From: Tubulanus polymorphus
Taxonomy: Eukaryota; Animalia; Nemertea
Assembly: GCF_964204645.1 (NCBI RefSeq)
Contig: NC_134030.1
Coordinates: forward strand, 2,584,778-2,648,777
Direction: 5' to 3'
DNA length: 64,000 bases
The position numbers were made by a program, and so were the translations under genes. Position 1 is the first letter of the stretch. Every line of letters begins with the position of its first letter. Below, piece by piece: positions 36,346 through 64,000 of the stretch. Below the pieces are notes generated by a model. That model was not told where the DNA came from and made no database searches. It saw nothing but the letters and a program-made list of their open reading frames with translations.

Positions 36346-36519
36346 CAGTCAGCCCCCGATATACCGCCCACATCGGTACCGAACGATTTTGGCGGTATAG
36401 AGTATGGCGGTTTATGGGGGGTTTTTTACTATGTGTGTGTATTGAGATGTACATTGAGAAAACCTGGCGGTAGGCGGGGGTGGTGGTTAATGGGAGGGAG
36501 GTATATCGGGGGTTGACTG
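36346..36519. mobile_element. Tc1/mariner(pogo)-type MITE in the presumed ZNF 3' UTR
   Basis: TA|CAGTCAGCCCCCGATATACC ... GGTATATCGGGGGTTGACTG|TA. Confidence 0.85.
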
Positions 36520-38036
36520 TATATCAGAGCGCGATTGATTTCACTGAGTCACTTCAGCCTCATCAGGTAGGCTATAGTTTACCGGTATGAAATAGAATAT
36601 GTTTGGAAAGGCATATTATTCAACAGTAGATAACTATTGGAACTATAACTAATACGACAATATGAATATGAAGATTTACACGGATCAATACTAGACGTGA
36701 GGCATCACTTGCGCAATAAATGTGAGTTCAGTTTAGGTTAGCAAGGATTCTACGAGTAAGGCCTGCTTGATTGAAAATTCAAAATCATATGGTCTGAAAA
36801 TGAGTTTAACTCAATGTCTCAAAATGAGTTCGGTAAAAGCATTCCCTCAATAAAACATTTCGCCCAGAAATCGAGGGTGGGTCCAAAATTTGAGACGATA
36901 TCCTATGGAGATAGAGTAAAATATGTAGCATGTATGTCTTCCCACATGATTTTAATGCTTCGAAATTGCTGATGATTTTAAACGAATACCATGTTATAGA
37001 TTCTGCTAATATCGGTGAAAATGTTTTTAATTTGTATCAATCTCGGAAGTTTAGTTTGTAGACTTGATTCAATGGTCGTTAATTGTTAGTTTACATATTT
37101 ATAAACAGGTAAATTGCGTGTGCCATAATATTATATATACTTGGACTCTATGTTTGTTAAAAACTAAAAGGCCACATGCCCAATATATAGAATATCGTGT
37201 ATAAGTTGTTGTTAGTTTAATACATTTAATGTATTTGTGATTAGGAAGTAATTGTTGTAAGAAATAATCATGAATTATAAAGAACAATTAGATTTTAGTA
37301 GAAGCGCTCTTGAATTGTATATTTTGAGTATACAATGGTATCTTTTTTAGGCATTGTATTATGACCATTATATTTATAGTTTTTGCTTCATTTGATACAA
37401 TAAAACGATATCTATCTGAATAAAAAGATTTCAAATTAAATTTATTTTAACTTCAGCTTTTCCAGCAGGATAGAATAACTTCGTATTCCTGTTCCATCAT
37501 TTCTGAGGTTTTCAATAAGTCTTTGGCTTGGTGTGTTGGTGGTTAGTTGTCATTGTGGTCACGGTCGGAGTGCTCGTTCCTTTCGATTGGCCACTCGTTT
37601 TAGCAATCTAGAAACCGAAGCTGGGCTAAAAATATATCTATTTCCTTTCTTTCTCTTCATCAGAGTAATCTAACTTGTGGAATAATTTCTTTTCTGAGAA
37701 CGAGGCATCTTTCATATGTATGGCATCAGGGTTACGATAGTGGTGGAGTATTCCTTGACAGGACATAGGCTGAGAGGGCAACAAGTGTGATCATATAGGT
37801 GGAGCACTCCCGACTAAATATGTATGGTGAACCAGGCATAAGGCGTATATTTCACCCGGACCTGGATTCAGCCACAGAGATTAGAATTGGCTCAGAAATA
37901 TCACTCTATCTTAAAAAAAAACACTTTGATAAGCGAATGCATGACATTCTAAACTGAACTAATCAAAGGAATCCAACTAGGCCTATACAATTCAATTCAA
38001 CTATATTCTAGCTGCGGCAAGTGAGTCCAATATAAA

Positions 38037-41000
38037 ATGGCCGCCGAAGTTGCAGAGGGAAATTTGGTAGGCATTTTCAAACTATTTCAGGCTATTGGTG
38101 CTTTAATTTTACATGTTTCAACCATCATCAGTTAATCATAACGTAGAGTAAACTCATTAGCAATTGACTAATTAACTGTGTGAATTTTTAGAGCTCCCGA
38201 TTTTAATCAGCAGTCGTTTAAAGTAACGAATCGAATGTGCAGTTTGTATGTAGATTGCTAATTACCGCAATTATCCTTTTAAATTTTTAGGTTTTTTTTT
38301 TCAGAATATCCGAAAAATGGACGAAGCCTTCCAAAGAGCGTATGATGTATGACGTCATTTATTTCTTAGAGACTTTCAGATGAGATTTTCGTGCTAATTT
38401 AGTAAAATTTCGAATTTAGCAAATGTCAAAAGCCAAAGGGTCTGGTCAAGAAGATTCCTCATTAGCTAAAACAATGAATATAATGGTTTTATTGGTTGCT
38501 ATTTTCAGAGTGAAATGAACGCCTGGGATGAAGTAAATAGAGATCTTCGTCATTATGGATTACAACCAATTTCTGCCCTGCATCCAGCTCATTTAACCAC
38601 TCAAAATGGTAAACAAAATTCTTTGATATGAATACCTCCGTTAATTCCCCCTATGACATCATTAAGTCGTTGTTAAAGTAATTGTGTTCTGTTTTGATAA
38701 AAATAAAAATCGACAGTAGATTTGTAGAAAACTTTATTTTCTAACAGTTTTGGGGTTGCTTGTAAACCCCAAACCAAAATGATACAATAATGAATTACAC
38801 AGTAATTCAAAAATATAGAAGTTTAGAATTAATTGTTAGATGATAAACTTTCCTATAGGGCCAATATCTACTGTGTGTTTTTATTTGTTAACTCTACGCT
38901 GATATTAATATCAGTTCAGTATAGTCATGTTCTGTTGTGTTGATAGAGATTATATTCATGGATCCGATGATGATGCGGTCAATTCGTCATAGTTTAAATA
39001 CGTTGATGTTAGATTGCGAGCGACGTCAGAATCTAGTTCAAGATTTGATCCTCAATAATAATAAACTCAGGTTCGTTGAAAAAAAGGCTACTTACCTGAA
39101 TTGCCGCTGTGATTTCAGTAGAATTTTACTCAAAATGGTCTGGTGAATTTTTCTTTATTTGTCTTTTTTTTTAAGGGATGATTTGAAACAGCAAAATGAA
39201 ATGGCTGAAAACTATGAACAGCGCGCTAAAGATCTAAAACTGATGCTGGAAAGTTCGAAATATAAATTAAAGGTAAGAAAAAACTTCATATAAACGCAGA
39301 CATATCACACTTTGAAATGTGTTAATAGTTTCACAGTATAAATTTTACACAAAAAAAACATGGAAAACTCAGGGAATTTAGATGTGCTTATAACCGCAAA
39401 AAATGAATGAATTGTAACATTTCAAACCAAAAAATTTCTCTGATTCAATCAAGGGAATTTTGTGTAATTCTGTGAAAAAAAATCGGCAAGAATTCCGAGG
39501 ATTAGTAAATGATATTTATTTGCAGGAGTTGGAGGAAGATAACTCGTTGGAGCGTTCACTGTTGGAGGAACGCGAAGAAAAATTGCGTAATACAAAACAC
39601 GTCGTACAATCACAGAACAAACAACTAGATCGAAAACTACAACTTCAGCAGGATGAAATATCACGATTGAGAAATAAAATCAAACTCATTAATGAACAGG
39701 TAAAATAGACACAGTAAATAATAACAAATTCAACCCTCTGCTCAGTTCAGTATCACAGCCCAATCGGAGGCAGTATGCAGGCCTACCCCTGTGGTTGAAG
39801 TTTGTAATTTTCGCTACTGAATCCAGTTCTGTAAATTCTAATTGATAAGCATGGACTTCAGTAGTCAAAATGAAGGTCAATCTGTATAATTTCTAAACCC
39901 AACACTAGAAGAGGACTACTACCACAATTTATGATATCTAAAATCATTTTTCGGACAGTTTTGAGAATAGATTCATCGGAGAATCAATATGCAGTTACCA
40001 TTGTGTATTATCTGGATTCCTTCCGACTCCTCTAATCCCTCAAAACCCCTCTAATACCAAAATTAAATTTTTGGGCTTAAAAAATCTTCAAATTCTGGGT
40101 TTTAGCTCTTGGCCCCTCATATTGTAAAGATGTGCATTTAAAAAAACTTTTCAAGGGTTCCTCAAAGGTTTTTTCTATTTTGTGCCAGTGAGTGAAGACG
40201 TTCATTGCGTCTTAGTAAAAATCCCAGTAGTCGCTGTGATTGCTGTGTACGCGATGAATTAGAATTTTATACACGGCATTAATTTCGAATCGCTTTATTA
40301 TTTCAGGATGAAAATCGCATAAAACGTCAGAGACAAGTATTCGAGAAACTGAAACGTCGATCCGTTCGTTCGCACAATCCTCACGATGAGAAACTACTCG
40401 ATATCATCGATAATTACGAAACACAAATTCAACATCTTCAAAAACAACTCGATTTACGCGACACTGATTCCGATGTTGATGACGACGACGATGATATTAC
40501 TCCTCCTCCGTCTGTCAAACAGAACGATTCGTCTTCACATTACAAACGATTGTTTAAGGTACATTTTGCGATAATATTAAAACCCTTTCGGTGTATCTAC
40601 ACTACAGTGCACGACACTGCAGCCTTATACCTGTTATTCAACGCACTGAGGTGGAATGGTTAAAAATTTTCAAATTATCTCCAGGACCCGGTTCCACAGT
40701 AGTTAACTCTTGAGTTAAAATTAGTTCATTTTGAATGAGTTAACTCTGAGTTAAATCTTAACTCAGAACTGTGGAACTGGACCCAGCACTTTCGTGTATT
40801 ACTTAGTGACTACTGAAAGGGTTAAAACCCATCAAATTTGATTTAGAAGTAGACGCACTATAGCCGTGAACCTGTTATTCAACGCACTGAGATGGGATAG
40901 TTAAAACTTTTCGAATTATCTCAAGCACTTTTAGGTATTAATTAGCAGAGCTGCCAACTGTTCTTGATTTTCAGTATTTGTTACTCTTTTATAATGAGAA

Positions 41001-44000
41001 ATACTGATTAGATTCGTTTGATGCATTTGAACAGAAATATGAAAGATGTTTAATACTGAGGGTCTCACTGTTGATTACGGATTGATTTGAACATTTTCTT
41101 TAATATTTCTATTAAATGTTACTGAAAAAAATTCAATATGTCAGTTTTCAGACGTTGGCAGACCTGAATTACTGGTAGTGACTACAGAGTTAAAACCCAT
41201 TGAATTTCATTTAGAAGATGAAATGAAATTTATATATCTTGAATTGAAATGAAGGATTTACCAAATCATTCAAGTTCAACATGATTGATAAGTTTTCTCT
41301 GTATTTTTTATAGACGTATGAGAAGGAACTGCACGACAGTAAACAGGTTATAAAAGATTTGGAAGATCGAAATGAACTGATTAAAATGGAACTCGATTCC
41401 AGGTAATTTAACCCACATTTCATATACTTAATTTTAAGCGTTATAACAGACTGTTTACCCTAGACTATTTTGTCTGGGATAATCACACCTCTTCAGGAGT
41501 TCATGTAAATATGATTCTGATCATCAAATTAATCCTGTTCCTGGACCAAGTTCCACAATTGTAGTTGGAGTTAACTCCAGTTAAAGTTAGTTCATTTTCA
41601 ATGTTTTAACCCAGGGGCTAATCTCAACTCAGAACTGCGGAACTGGACCCTGGTGGGTGCGTAGGATGTGCTATTTTCCTGTTATGTTCCCTGTGAGGGT
41701 TCCCCAAAAATTGCACCCTTACCCACCATTGCTAGTAGGCGGTGCGTGAGTGGTATGTGATACCTGATTGGTGTCAGCAAGCCTGTTCTCACTACACGGT
41801 CATTGAACATGCGTGCTCCCCCAGACAACGACGGTTAGATTAACAGTGGGCATTCACTTGTATTTGTCAATGTTTGTGAACCTTCAGTAAAATGGTGTTT
41901 GAAACAATTACAACATTAAAGATTCTAATTAAAATTTTCTTAATCATCGGCCTATATTCAACGTCACCTTTAAATGAGCTGTTTTATTTCCAGATTTATA
42001 GCTTTCAAATAGTCAACAGGAAATTAACCCTTATCCCAGAAAACTGTCTAAATGATTCCTAGTTGTTCATCTATAATATTTGATTCTACCAATTGGTGGA
42101 GCCACTGTATTTTACCCACAATAATATTTTGCCCAAAGAGAATAGAGATCCAAGGGCCGGTCGCACAGTCATGGTTTAGAGCAGGCTTTTATTCTATACC
42201 CAATCTAACAACTTGGGACAAATCTTAAGATTTAAGACAATTTTCAGACTTATTTAATGACTGTGCATCTGACCCCAGGGGGTTCACTGAAGTGACTACA
42301 GTAAGACCCTCAATATTTTGAGTGCCTCACTTTGAAGGCAAAATGAATCATATACTGTGTAACGAAAGCTGAATTTGGTATAAATAATTCTGTAGAATTA
42401 GAAATAATTCCTGTTTAACAATTAACCTTAAGATACTGGTTAAGATGCGCTCAATACGATGCCTCCGTATCCCAAGTTTGACCTAGATATTTACTGTTAT
42501 TCTTACAGACCTCTGATGAAAGATTTCCGCACGCTGCAGGCACGAAATAAAAAACTCGAGAAAATCATCGCGAAACATAAAATCAACGTCACCGAAGAGA
42601 GAATAGAGACTACAGGAATAGATCGTAAATATAGCACGTTAGCGGAAGATATCGATTATCTGCCGCTCGGTCACTGCAGACATCATCTTAAACAAATCTG
42701 TTCAAAATTCGGATTAATGGATTTGGCGGACGTGATGCCACAAATCGGTAAAAATCTCAAACAAGTCGAAATTCAACCTAAACTTGAACAGGTAATTAGA
42801 TTAGTGTTTTAGCTTCTCTCGAGGATCTAGTGCCACCAGGGGCCAGTCGCATAGTCATGGCTTAGACTGAAGACCAGTCTAAGACCAACTTAGTTCTATA
42901 GCCAATCTAACAACTTAAGACCAGTCTTAAGATTTAAGACCACTTTCGGACTTAAGTCACGGCTGTGGAACTGGCCCCAGGTTCTAGGTTTAAACTTTGA
43001 CTCTTTATTTTAGATATTATGATCATCACCAAACATAAACTCTTAGGGATCGGGGAAAGTCAGGGCAATTTGTTGAGATTGCTGAATCGGACATTAAATC
43101 TAACTGTTTCTATATTGTCTAACATTTTTGACTGTGCTAATTAATAGGAATGTTAGCAGATCAAGTCAGGAAATAGTCAGGGAAAAAGCGTGTCAAATAA
43201 AAGTGGCAACCATGTTGAATCATCTGAATGGAATAGATTGATTGTTTGTATTTTCTAGTTTGCTCGTGATGTGTTGAATATAGTAAACTCGAGAAACGCA
43301 CTACGGCCTCCTAACAATGATGATCTACAGCCTGTTTCACCGGCGAAAGCGCACGCTGTTTGGTGCGAACAAACGTGGGCTCATGTTATACCTACTCTTC
43401 AACACTGGTTAGAACAGTTGTCTAGTTTAAAGGTTTGTGTTCAAATATTTTAACCCTTTCAGTGCTGGTTAATTAATACCCTATAGTGCTGAAGATAATT
43501 TGAAAATTCTGAAAAATTCCACCCTAGTGTGTTTAATAACGGGAATACCGCTATAGTGCGTCTACACCGCGGTGCGGTATATCGTTAGTTACTAGTATTT
43601 CACTATGTTTGACAGGTGCTGCCATCTTTAAAGAGAGATAATTAGTAATTACTAATTAAATCAATACACGAATCACTGATTCGTACACCGCACTGCGGTG
43701 TAGACGCACTGAAAGGGTTAACCGTTAAACTCTCGAGATAATTCTTTGAGATGTTTGTGGAAATATTCTTCTGACCCTAATGAATTATCATCACCATTTG
43801 GTTGGACAAATATTGTCCGACTTGAATGGCTGGTCAGACAGTCTCCTGACTGTAGTCCAGACAGCAATGAGAGATACATCGAGATATTTGTTATTTTGTA
43901 GGAATTGAAACAGTCAGTGAAACGTCTTGCGATTCATTTGATTCCGTGGAAACCGATTCGTTTTACGGACGATTCCGACATGTACGACGTGATAGAGGCG

Positions 44001-45857
44001 ATCGATGATCTGAGCAATGAGGATTTCAAATTTGACAAAGTAAGAAATAGGATTTGATTTATCAGCACCGGTTCAATAGATCTACTAATCACAGGGTGGT
44101 CACTTACTTACCTTCAAATCAGGGAAAAGTCTGGGAATGTTGAGATTGCTAGATTGCGCGTAAACAAACAGTTTTTACAGGGTGACCACGAATCTGGAAA
44201 ACAGGGAAAACACAGGGAAATGATTTTTCTCATGGAAAACACAGGGAAATTGGTAAAAATCTGGAAAACACAGGGAAATTACTTTTGTCTCTTTGTTTTC
44301 ACCGCGAATGTTTACAATTGTCTACCTGATTATATATCGAGGATCATATGGTAAGTAATACAAAGTTATAGCGCCACTTTCTAACAAATTTGTAAAATCA
44401 CAGCGGAGCTATATCAGACGATAGGCTGCTTGTCTTTAATTTTATATTTGTCATGGTCTCCATATGACGCCCAGCACAGGGAAAATCAACTTTTCACAGG
44501 GAAAACACAGGGAATTTGCAAGTGGGTGGTTTGTTGTCACCCTGTTTTATGTCTTATGTATTTGACTGCGTTAATTGATGGGATTCTTAGTAGATCGAGT
44601 CACTCGTAAAACAACGCGCTTTTCAGGAAATGATCTGGGGAAAGGCAAGTAAAAAAAAAGTTGCCCCTTGAATCAACTGATCAATTAACATTTGTCCAAT
44701 TACCGGTAATTAAATCCAGTTGATAAAGAGACTTTAATAGGAAAATGGACTGGAGAATTCCTTCTTGACCAGTCTGATTTTTGGTGCGATGTTAGTTTCA
44801 CCGTTTTAAACGAGAAGGGCGGAGAAATGAATACAGATTTTTTACCCTCCGTTATTTGACGTTGATACGATTTTCGATGTGATATTTCAGGATTCGATCC
44901 CGGAGACGAAACCTCCGCCGCCGCCGATGATGGAAGCGATGATCGCGCACTTTCAGAAACTGTTCGACGTCCCGTCGTTATCGGGAGTTTATCCGCGAAT
45001 GAATGAGATTTATAGTAAATTAGGAGAAGTTCACAACGTAATGCATTCTATAAAGACTCTTCTGGCGCTCGGTGAGTTTAACATTGAATGCTATAGTATC
45101 AATAATCAATTGGTTTTAATTAAATTTCAGTAGCGCCATTTTCACAGTGATACAACAGTGTTTTCCATTAACCCTTTTACTGCGCATGGCGCACAAGACT
45201 GGCACCTGATGTGCATGTCATTCACGTTTTGATTTTGAGCTCCAACCCGCATATAGCAAACAGTAAAGAAACGTGTATGAGATAATTTTGGTAGGAAATA
45301 GAATTAAGAATACAGATTTTTTTTTTTAAATGCAATACGCGCTGGGTAGTGCAAGCGCGTATGCTACCACAGGGGTAAACAGTTATTTTAATTCCGATGA
45401 GAGAAATCCCAGAATAGATCCAACCAAAAATGAACAAGTTCTATAGTAAAATGATATATTTCGAGCAACCTATCGGCTAAAAATACTATAAGCCATCATC
45501 AGTTGTAATCAAATCAGGCGTACTCATTAATTCCCCCATTTTGTGGAATTTGTTTCAAGTCTATCATGAAGTAAAAACGAGTGCGTAATTTATGTTTTAG
45601 ATGAAGATTGCAAATCGTCCTGCGTCGTCGATACGGTCGGTAAACTGTGTCAGTTACAAAACGCGGCCACCGCCGAGCAACTCGAAGGTCTACTCAACGG
45701 CGACGACCTCGACCTCATACTGCAGAAGTTGGAGATGTACGACGAGTTTTTCCCGGCGTTCGAAGAAACGGTGACGAAATTGATGGAAATTCTCGAGATT
45801 CAGAGAATGGAGCAGATAATACCCGCTGTGAGGGCTGTGAAATTACTCGCATCATAG
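38037..45857 (+). CDS. CEP70: Centrosomal protein of 70 kDa, 13 coding exons, ~646 aa: 38037-38066, 38305-38346, 38509-38608, 38947-39070, 39176-39272, 39526-39699, 40307-40558, 41314-41402, 42509-42791, 43259-43432, 43902-44039, 44891-45071, 45601-45857
   Basis: Phase-consistent GT-AG exon chain; coiled-coil N-half (WDEVNRDLRHYGLQP, RQNLVQDLI, YEQRAKDL) and C-terminal HFQKLFDVPSLSGVYPRMNEIYSKLGE...YDEFFPAF...IIPAVRAVKLL, recognised from memory as CEP70; the first two exons are less certain. Confidence 0.9.
40578..40825. mobile_element. Deleted piggyBac-like MITE (reverse relative of 43454-43717) with a nested Harbinger MITE
   Basis: CCCTTTCGGTG ... CTGAAAGGGTTAA termini; internal CTGTTATTCAACGCACT...AAATTATCT matches the reverse complement of 43454-43717. 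Confidence 0.7.
40685..40783. mobile_element. PIF/Harbinger-like MITE family B, CAG TSD
   Basis: CAG|GACCCGGTTCCACAGT...ACTGTGGAACTGGACC|CAG; the empty site in sister copies lacks the duplication. Confidence 0.85.
40946..41166. mobile_element. MITE with CAGAGCTGCCAAC/GTTGGCAGACCTG termini
   Basis: 13-bp imperfect TIR, AATTA on both flanks, interrupts a duplicated piggyBac-MITE end. Confidence 0.7.
41544..41649. mobile_element. Harbinger-like MITE family B, CTG TSD
   Basis: CTG|GACCAAGTTCCACA...TGCGGAACTGGACC|CTG. Confidence 0.85.
42154..42275. mobile_element. Harbinger-like MITE family A (diverged)
   Basis: GGGCCGGTCGCACAGTCATGG...CAATCTAACAACTT...TCTTAAGATTTAAGAC...ATGACTGTGCATCTGACCC. 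Confidence 0.75.
42840..42977. mobile_element. Harbinger-like MITE family A, intact, CAG TSD
   Basis: CAG|GGGCCAGTCGCATAGTCATGGCTTAG...CTTAAGTCACGGCTGTGGAACTGGCCC|CAG. Confidence 0.88.
43454..43717. mobile_element. piggyBac-like MITE, TTAA TSD
   Basis: TTAA|CCCTTTCAGTGC ... GCACTGAAAGGG|TTAA with internal inverted AGTGCGTCTACACCGC(G/A)GTGCGGT. Confidence 0.9.
44178..44544. mobile_element. CAGGG-terminated MITE with 5-bp TSD (TTTTA)
   Basis: TTTTA|CAGGGTGACCA ... TTGTCACCCTG|TTTTA; subterminal AAAACACAGGGAA repeats; related CAGGGAA-rich fragments at ~43050-43210, 44092, 52735, 58162, 63040. Confidence 0.85.
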
Positions 45858-45997
45858 AAACAACAACTGTCTCTTCCGATATTAATGATCATTGCATTTA
45901 TATTTTATTCTGTATTTAACTCAAAGCTGAATCACAATATCCATGATTAAACAACAAGTGTAAAATCCCACAATTGTTGAAAGACTAAAAGTTAAAG

Positions 45998-46150
45998 AAA
46001 ATTGATACCTTGTTTCTGCGTTCTGCTGAGCTTAAAAGTTGATCTAGCCGGCCGCCTATCTACCCTGTACATTACTTTTTTTAAATCGTGATCAATTTTA
46101 CCAATTTTCAATTTGACCCGGCCGCTGCGTAGAAACTAGGTATCATTTTT
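45998..46150. mobile_element. Short MITE related to the 30487-31525 TIRs
   Basis: AAAATTGATACCTTGTTTCTGCG ... CGTAGAAACTAGGTATCATTTTT. Confidence 0.65.
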
Positions 46151-47250
46151 GTTTAGCGAAAAAAATGATAGAAATATCTCTGGTATAGAAATATCTCCTA
46201 CCACCCCTCTTCAGCCTAAAATGCTATGTCAACTAAATACACAGTATATACATGTACATGTAGAGATTCGTGCCTTTTGTGGGATTTTACAGTTTTTAGT
46301 CGACACCGTCTTATGTCTTACGAGGCAGGTTTTGATTGAACTTATTCCATATAGGAACGAATATCAATTCCGGATTACAAACTCTACCACGCGCCGGAAT
46401 CTCTTGATCTTGTATTCTGGTCGAAATGAATGAGTCAGTAGAGAATTGTGAAGTCGGTAAAGACCAATCAAGACCTGCCTAGAATTCCATTCAGAATTAG
46501 CCAGTTGTTTTGGTACTGCTTTAAATATTTCACTAAGTTGAAAAAGAAATATTTTAGTCAGATTAATCAGTTGTAATACTTAATACATTCCATACATGAA
46601 TATCCTCATTTATACTCAGTATTAAACACTTTAATCTATGCATCATTTAGATATTCAGCTGATCAATTTCTGTGGACAGATTTTGAAGATTGCTATTAAT
46701 ATGTTATATTTTAACCATGTAGTACAGTTTATGTTTTAGTCTTCCGAATTATGAGAATTAGTTTTATCTGCAGACTGCTGGACAGTCTCGGCGATGTAGT
46801 AGTACTCATTATTTTATGTTAATTTTAAGGCAGACGGAATTTAGATTTTAGAACAAATGGATTTGTGTTAAGAAACGTCTCATGAATATTGTGTTTTTTT
46901 ATTGGCATTATTAGTAGCAAAGGATTTGAATTGCTGACTATTTCTGATTTGCCATTTATGGTTATATTAATAAAATTCAAATGAGATTCTTCCCATTTTG
47001 TTCTATGGTAAAACAACACGCACTGCATGTTTGAATTCATTTTATCGTTTTGGTTTCGCTACAGTTCTCGACCCAGTCCCACTTTCCCCAGACCTAGTTC
47101 GACAGTTCGACATGAACCCAGATCCACAGTTCTGGAATGTTAAGAAAATCTATCAAACGACCAACATCTCAGAGGCTATACAAGAGAATACTTAATACTC
47201 CATCTCTTACTGTGAACAGCAATATTATAGTCCTACCGACAAATTTTGTA

Positions 47251-47352
47251 GCCAGTTCAACTGCTGCATTTTGACATCTGATATCAACCTGCTCCGAGAG
47301 GCCAGTTCAACTGCTGCATTTTGACATCTGATATCAACCTGTCCTGAGAGGC
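47251..47352. repeat. 50-bp tandem duplication
   Basis: GCCAGTTCAACTGCTGCATTTTGACATCTGATATCAACCTG...GAGAG twice. Confidence 0.95.
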
Positions 47353-47839
47353 TAGTTGTCACAAGTTTGGCTAGTGGCTTTGGGATCATTCATTTATTAC
47401 GTACACATAAAATTTGAATTTTTCAACCCTCTTCCCATATACAAATATCGGCCATTTTTTAGCCCATTTTTTAGCTATTGCGTTCACTTTTTGCCCACTT
47501 GGGACTTTGAGTCCTGTAGCTTCCTACTGGTTTGCCATTTCTCATTGCAATTAGTGATGGGTATTCTTTGGAAAGGGAAGTTTTATACCTGAGACAGGTA
47601 TTTTTGATCAGCCAATTATGGCGCAATTGGCGGCCATCTTGGTGTCATCAGTACTCATTCGTAGGTGGCAAAAAGTTTTTCCATATTATGATGATACCTA
47701 AACATAATTTGTTACCACAATCAATAAGAAAGTTGTAGCGAGCGATACAATTTCTTGTGTTATTTAAATATGTGCATTCGTTAATTTATTGGTACAAACA
47801 AGATTGAGAAATATATATAAAGGTAACATAAACAAGAGC

Positions 47840-48890
47840 TTTCACTAATTCAGTTTAAATCGATTAAATCTTAAATCGATTCAGGCCTTTATCCCAGGAG
47901 TTGCTATATTAAACTGAACAAATTTCAAAATCAATCATATTTACTCTCATACAACGATTATACAAAATGCCAGGAGTGCTCGAGGAATTATAATGTAAGC
48001 GCCTCAAACACGTGGACTTTCAAAAACAACTAGTCCAACCACTATAGGCGTATAAACTATAAACGGGGTTTATACGCCCATGGTCCAAACATAGACTCTA
48101 AAACAAAAAAGTCTATGACCCAACCATGGACTCAATTGTCCATGGCCCCCGCACTAAAACAAGAGATAACCCTGGCCAAATACTCTGGAAAGCGTAGGAT
48201 TAAGTTATCAATCTGATTTACATTTTTACATCATTTTATTTCACATATCAAATTATCAAATTTTAGCTTATTTTCTCAAATTTTAATAGTAATTTTATTT
48301 CTATCAAAAATGTACTATGTATGAAATTGTACAAACTTTAAAACCACAAAAGTTACATGTAAGGTATTTATAAGTCTTTATATATGATACATTTCCACTA
48401 CAGCTGATTTATACAATTTACATCAATAGGAAAATAACAAAAATACACAAAGAATTGTAAACTTTTATCCATAAAACACCGAAAATTGGACTAGTCTGAA
48501 AGTCATTAGATTATGAATTTGACAATTCATGAGGTCAATATAACCAACACTTTGTTATATTTCATGAAATATGAACCTATCATATCAACTTTTCAAATGA
48601 CATCTCAATTATCAAGAAAAAGCTCAACTATATTTGATTAGGGCCTTAATAAATCAGTGTTTTATGAACGATTGACATGAACATGTTGTTTTATCCCCAC
48701 AACAACAATTATACCTAAATGACAGGTATTTATGTACTCGAGGAAGTGCCTCAGTCATTTACAAAAACATGACCTGTATTTTTAAAACAATTCTCCAATA
48801 TAAAATATAAAAACATTCAAACCAGAGATAAAAACACAAATTAAAACTTGAAAGCTTATGATTAACTAAACAGTCTTTGATTTAATTTTC
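47840..48890. repeat. Dispersed ~1.05-kb repeat, copy 2, between CEP70 and POLE
   Basis: Colinear match to 1850-2890. Confidence 0.9.
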
Positions 48891-49331
48891 TATTTTACGA
48901 TTGAAAACGTCAGTTCGTTTGAATTTCCCAATAATCTTGACTTGCCACCGTTTCAGCTATCTCTGTGGTGAAAGGGTTTTTATTTTCTATTGACTCAGGC
49001 CTCATTTGGGGGAAACCCGCCAATTGCCAGAGACTGTACAATTCAATTCAATTACAACGTTATTGATCAGCATATTAGTACTTACACATCATATCGTATA
49101 CAAAAGCAATAGAGAAGAAAATGAAATGTTTGAAAAAAGCAATTACAAAATTTGCATATGAACTGAATAGTAAAATGTACGCTTGGACGATTAAACAAAC
49201 AAAATTAGAGGAAATTGAAGTGGGGACAATATAGTTTATTTAATTTGATTTATTATGGCGCGGGTTAATCGGTTTCAATTAGAGAAATAATGCACAGAAA
49301 TCTGTGATACCTAGAGCTGACTTTACTGAAA

Positions 49332-64000
<14,669 letters not shown>

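Overview
AT-rich, intron-rich invertebrate animal genomic DNA (spiralian-like by inference; species not determinable from sequence). The right half holds three + strand genes: a single-coding-exon 9-finger C2H2 zinc-finger gene (33709-36216), a 13-coding-exon CEP70 orthologue (38037-45857) and the first 32 coding exons of POLE, the DNA polymerase epsilon catalytic subunit (49332 to the window end, truncated). Their introns contain many MITEs, minisatellites and Penelope-like remnants. The left half is dominated by a ~19 kb tandem array (6228-25253, ~85 monomers of 194/237/242/243 bp) with higher-order repeats (1115 bp 5-mer, 873 bp 4-mer) and block duplications offset by 10-12 kb. The main observation is that, read on the minus strand, each monomer is an exon plus an 85-nt GT-AG intron. 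One edge copy is still an intact symmetric 156-nt phase-2 coding exon, and diverged homologues of the intron and exon lie at 28.6-28.9 kb, downstream of a TATA plus signal-peptide-like start at 29.9 kb. The satellite therefore looks born from the exon-intron module of a decayed repeat-protein gene and could be an ~85-exon spliced non-coding transcript (inference). The array is bracketed by old, degenerate repeat arms in inverted orientation. All coordinates and translations were read by eye.
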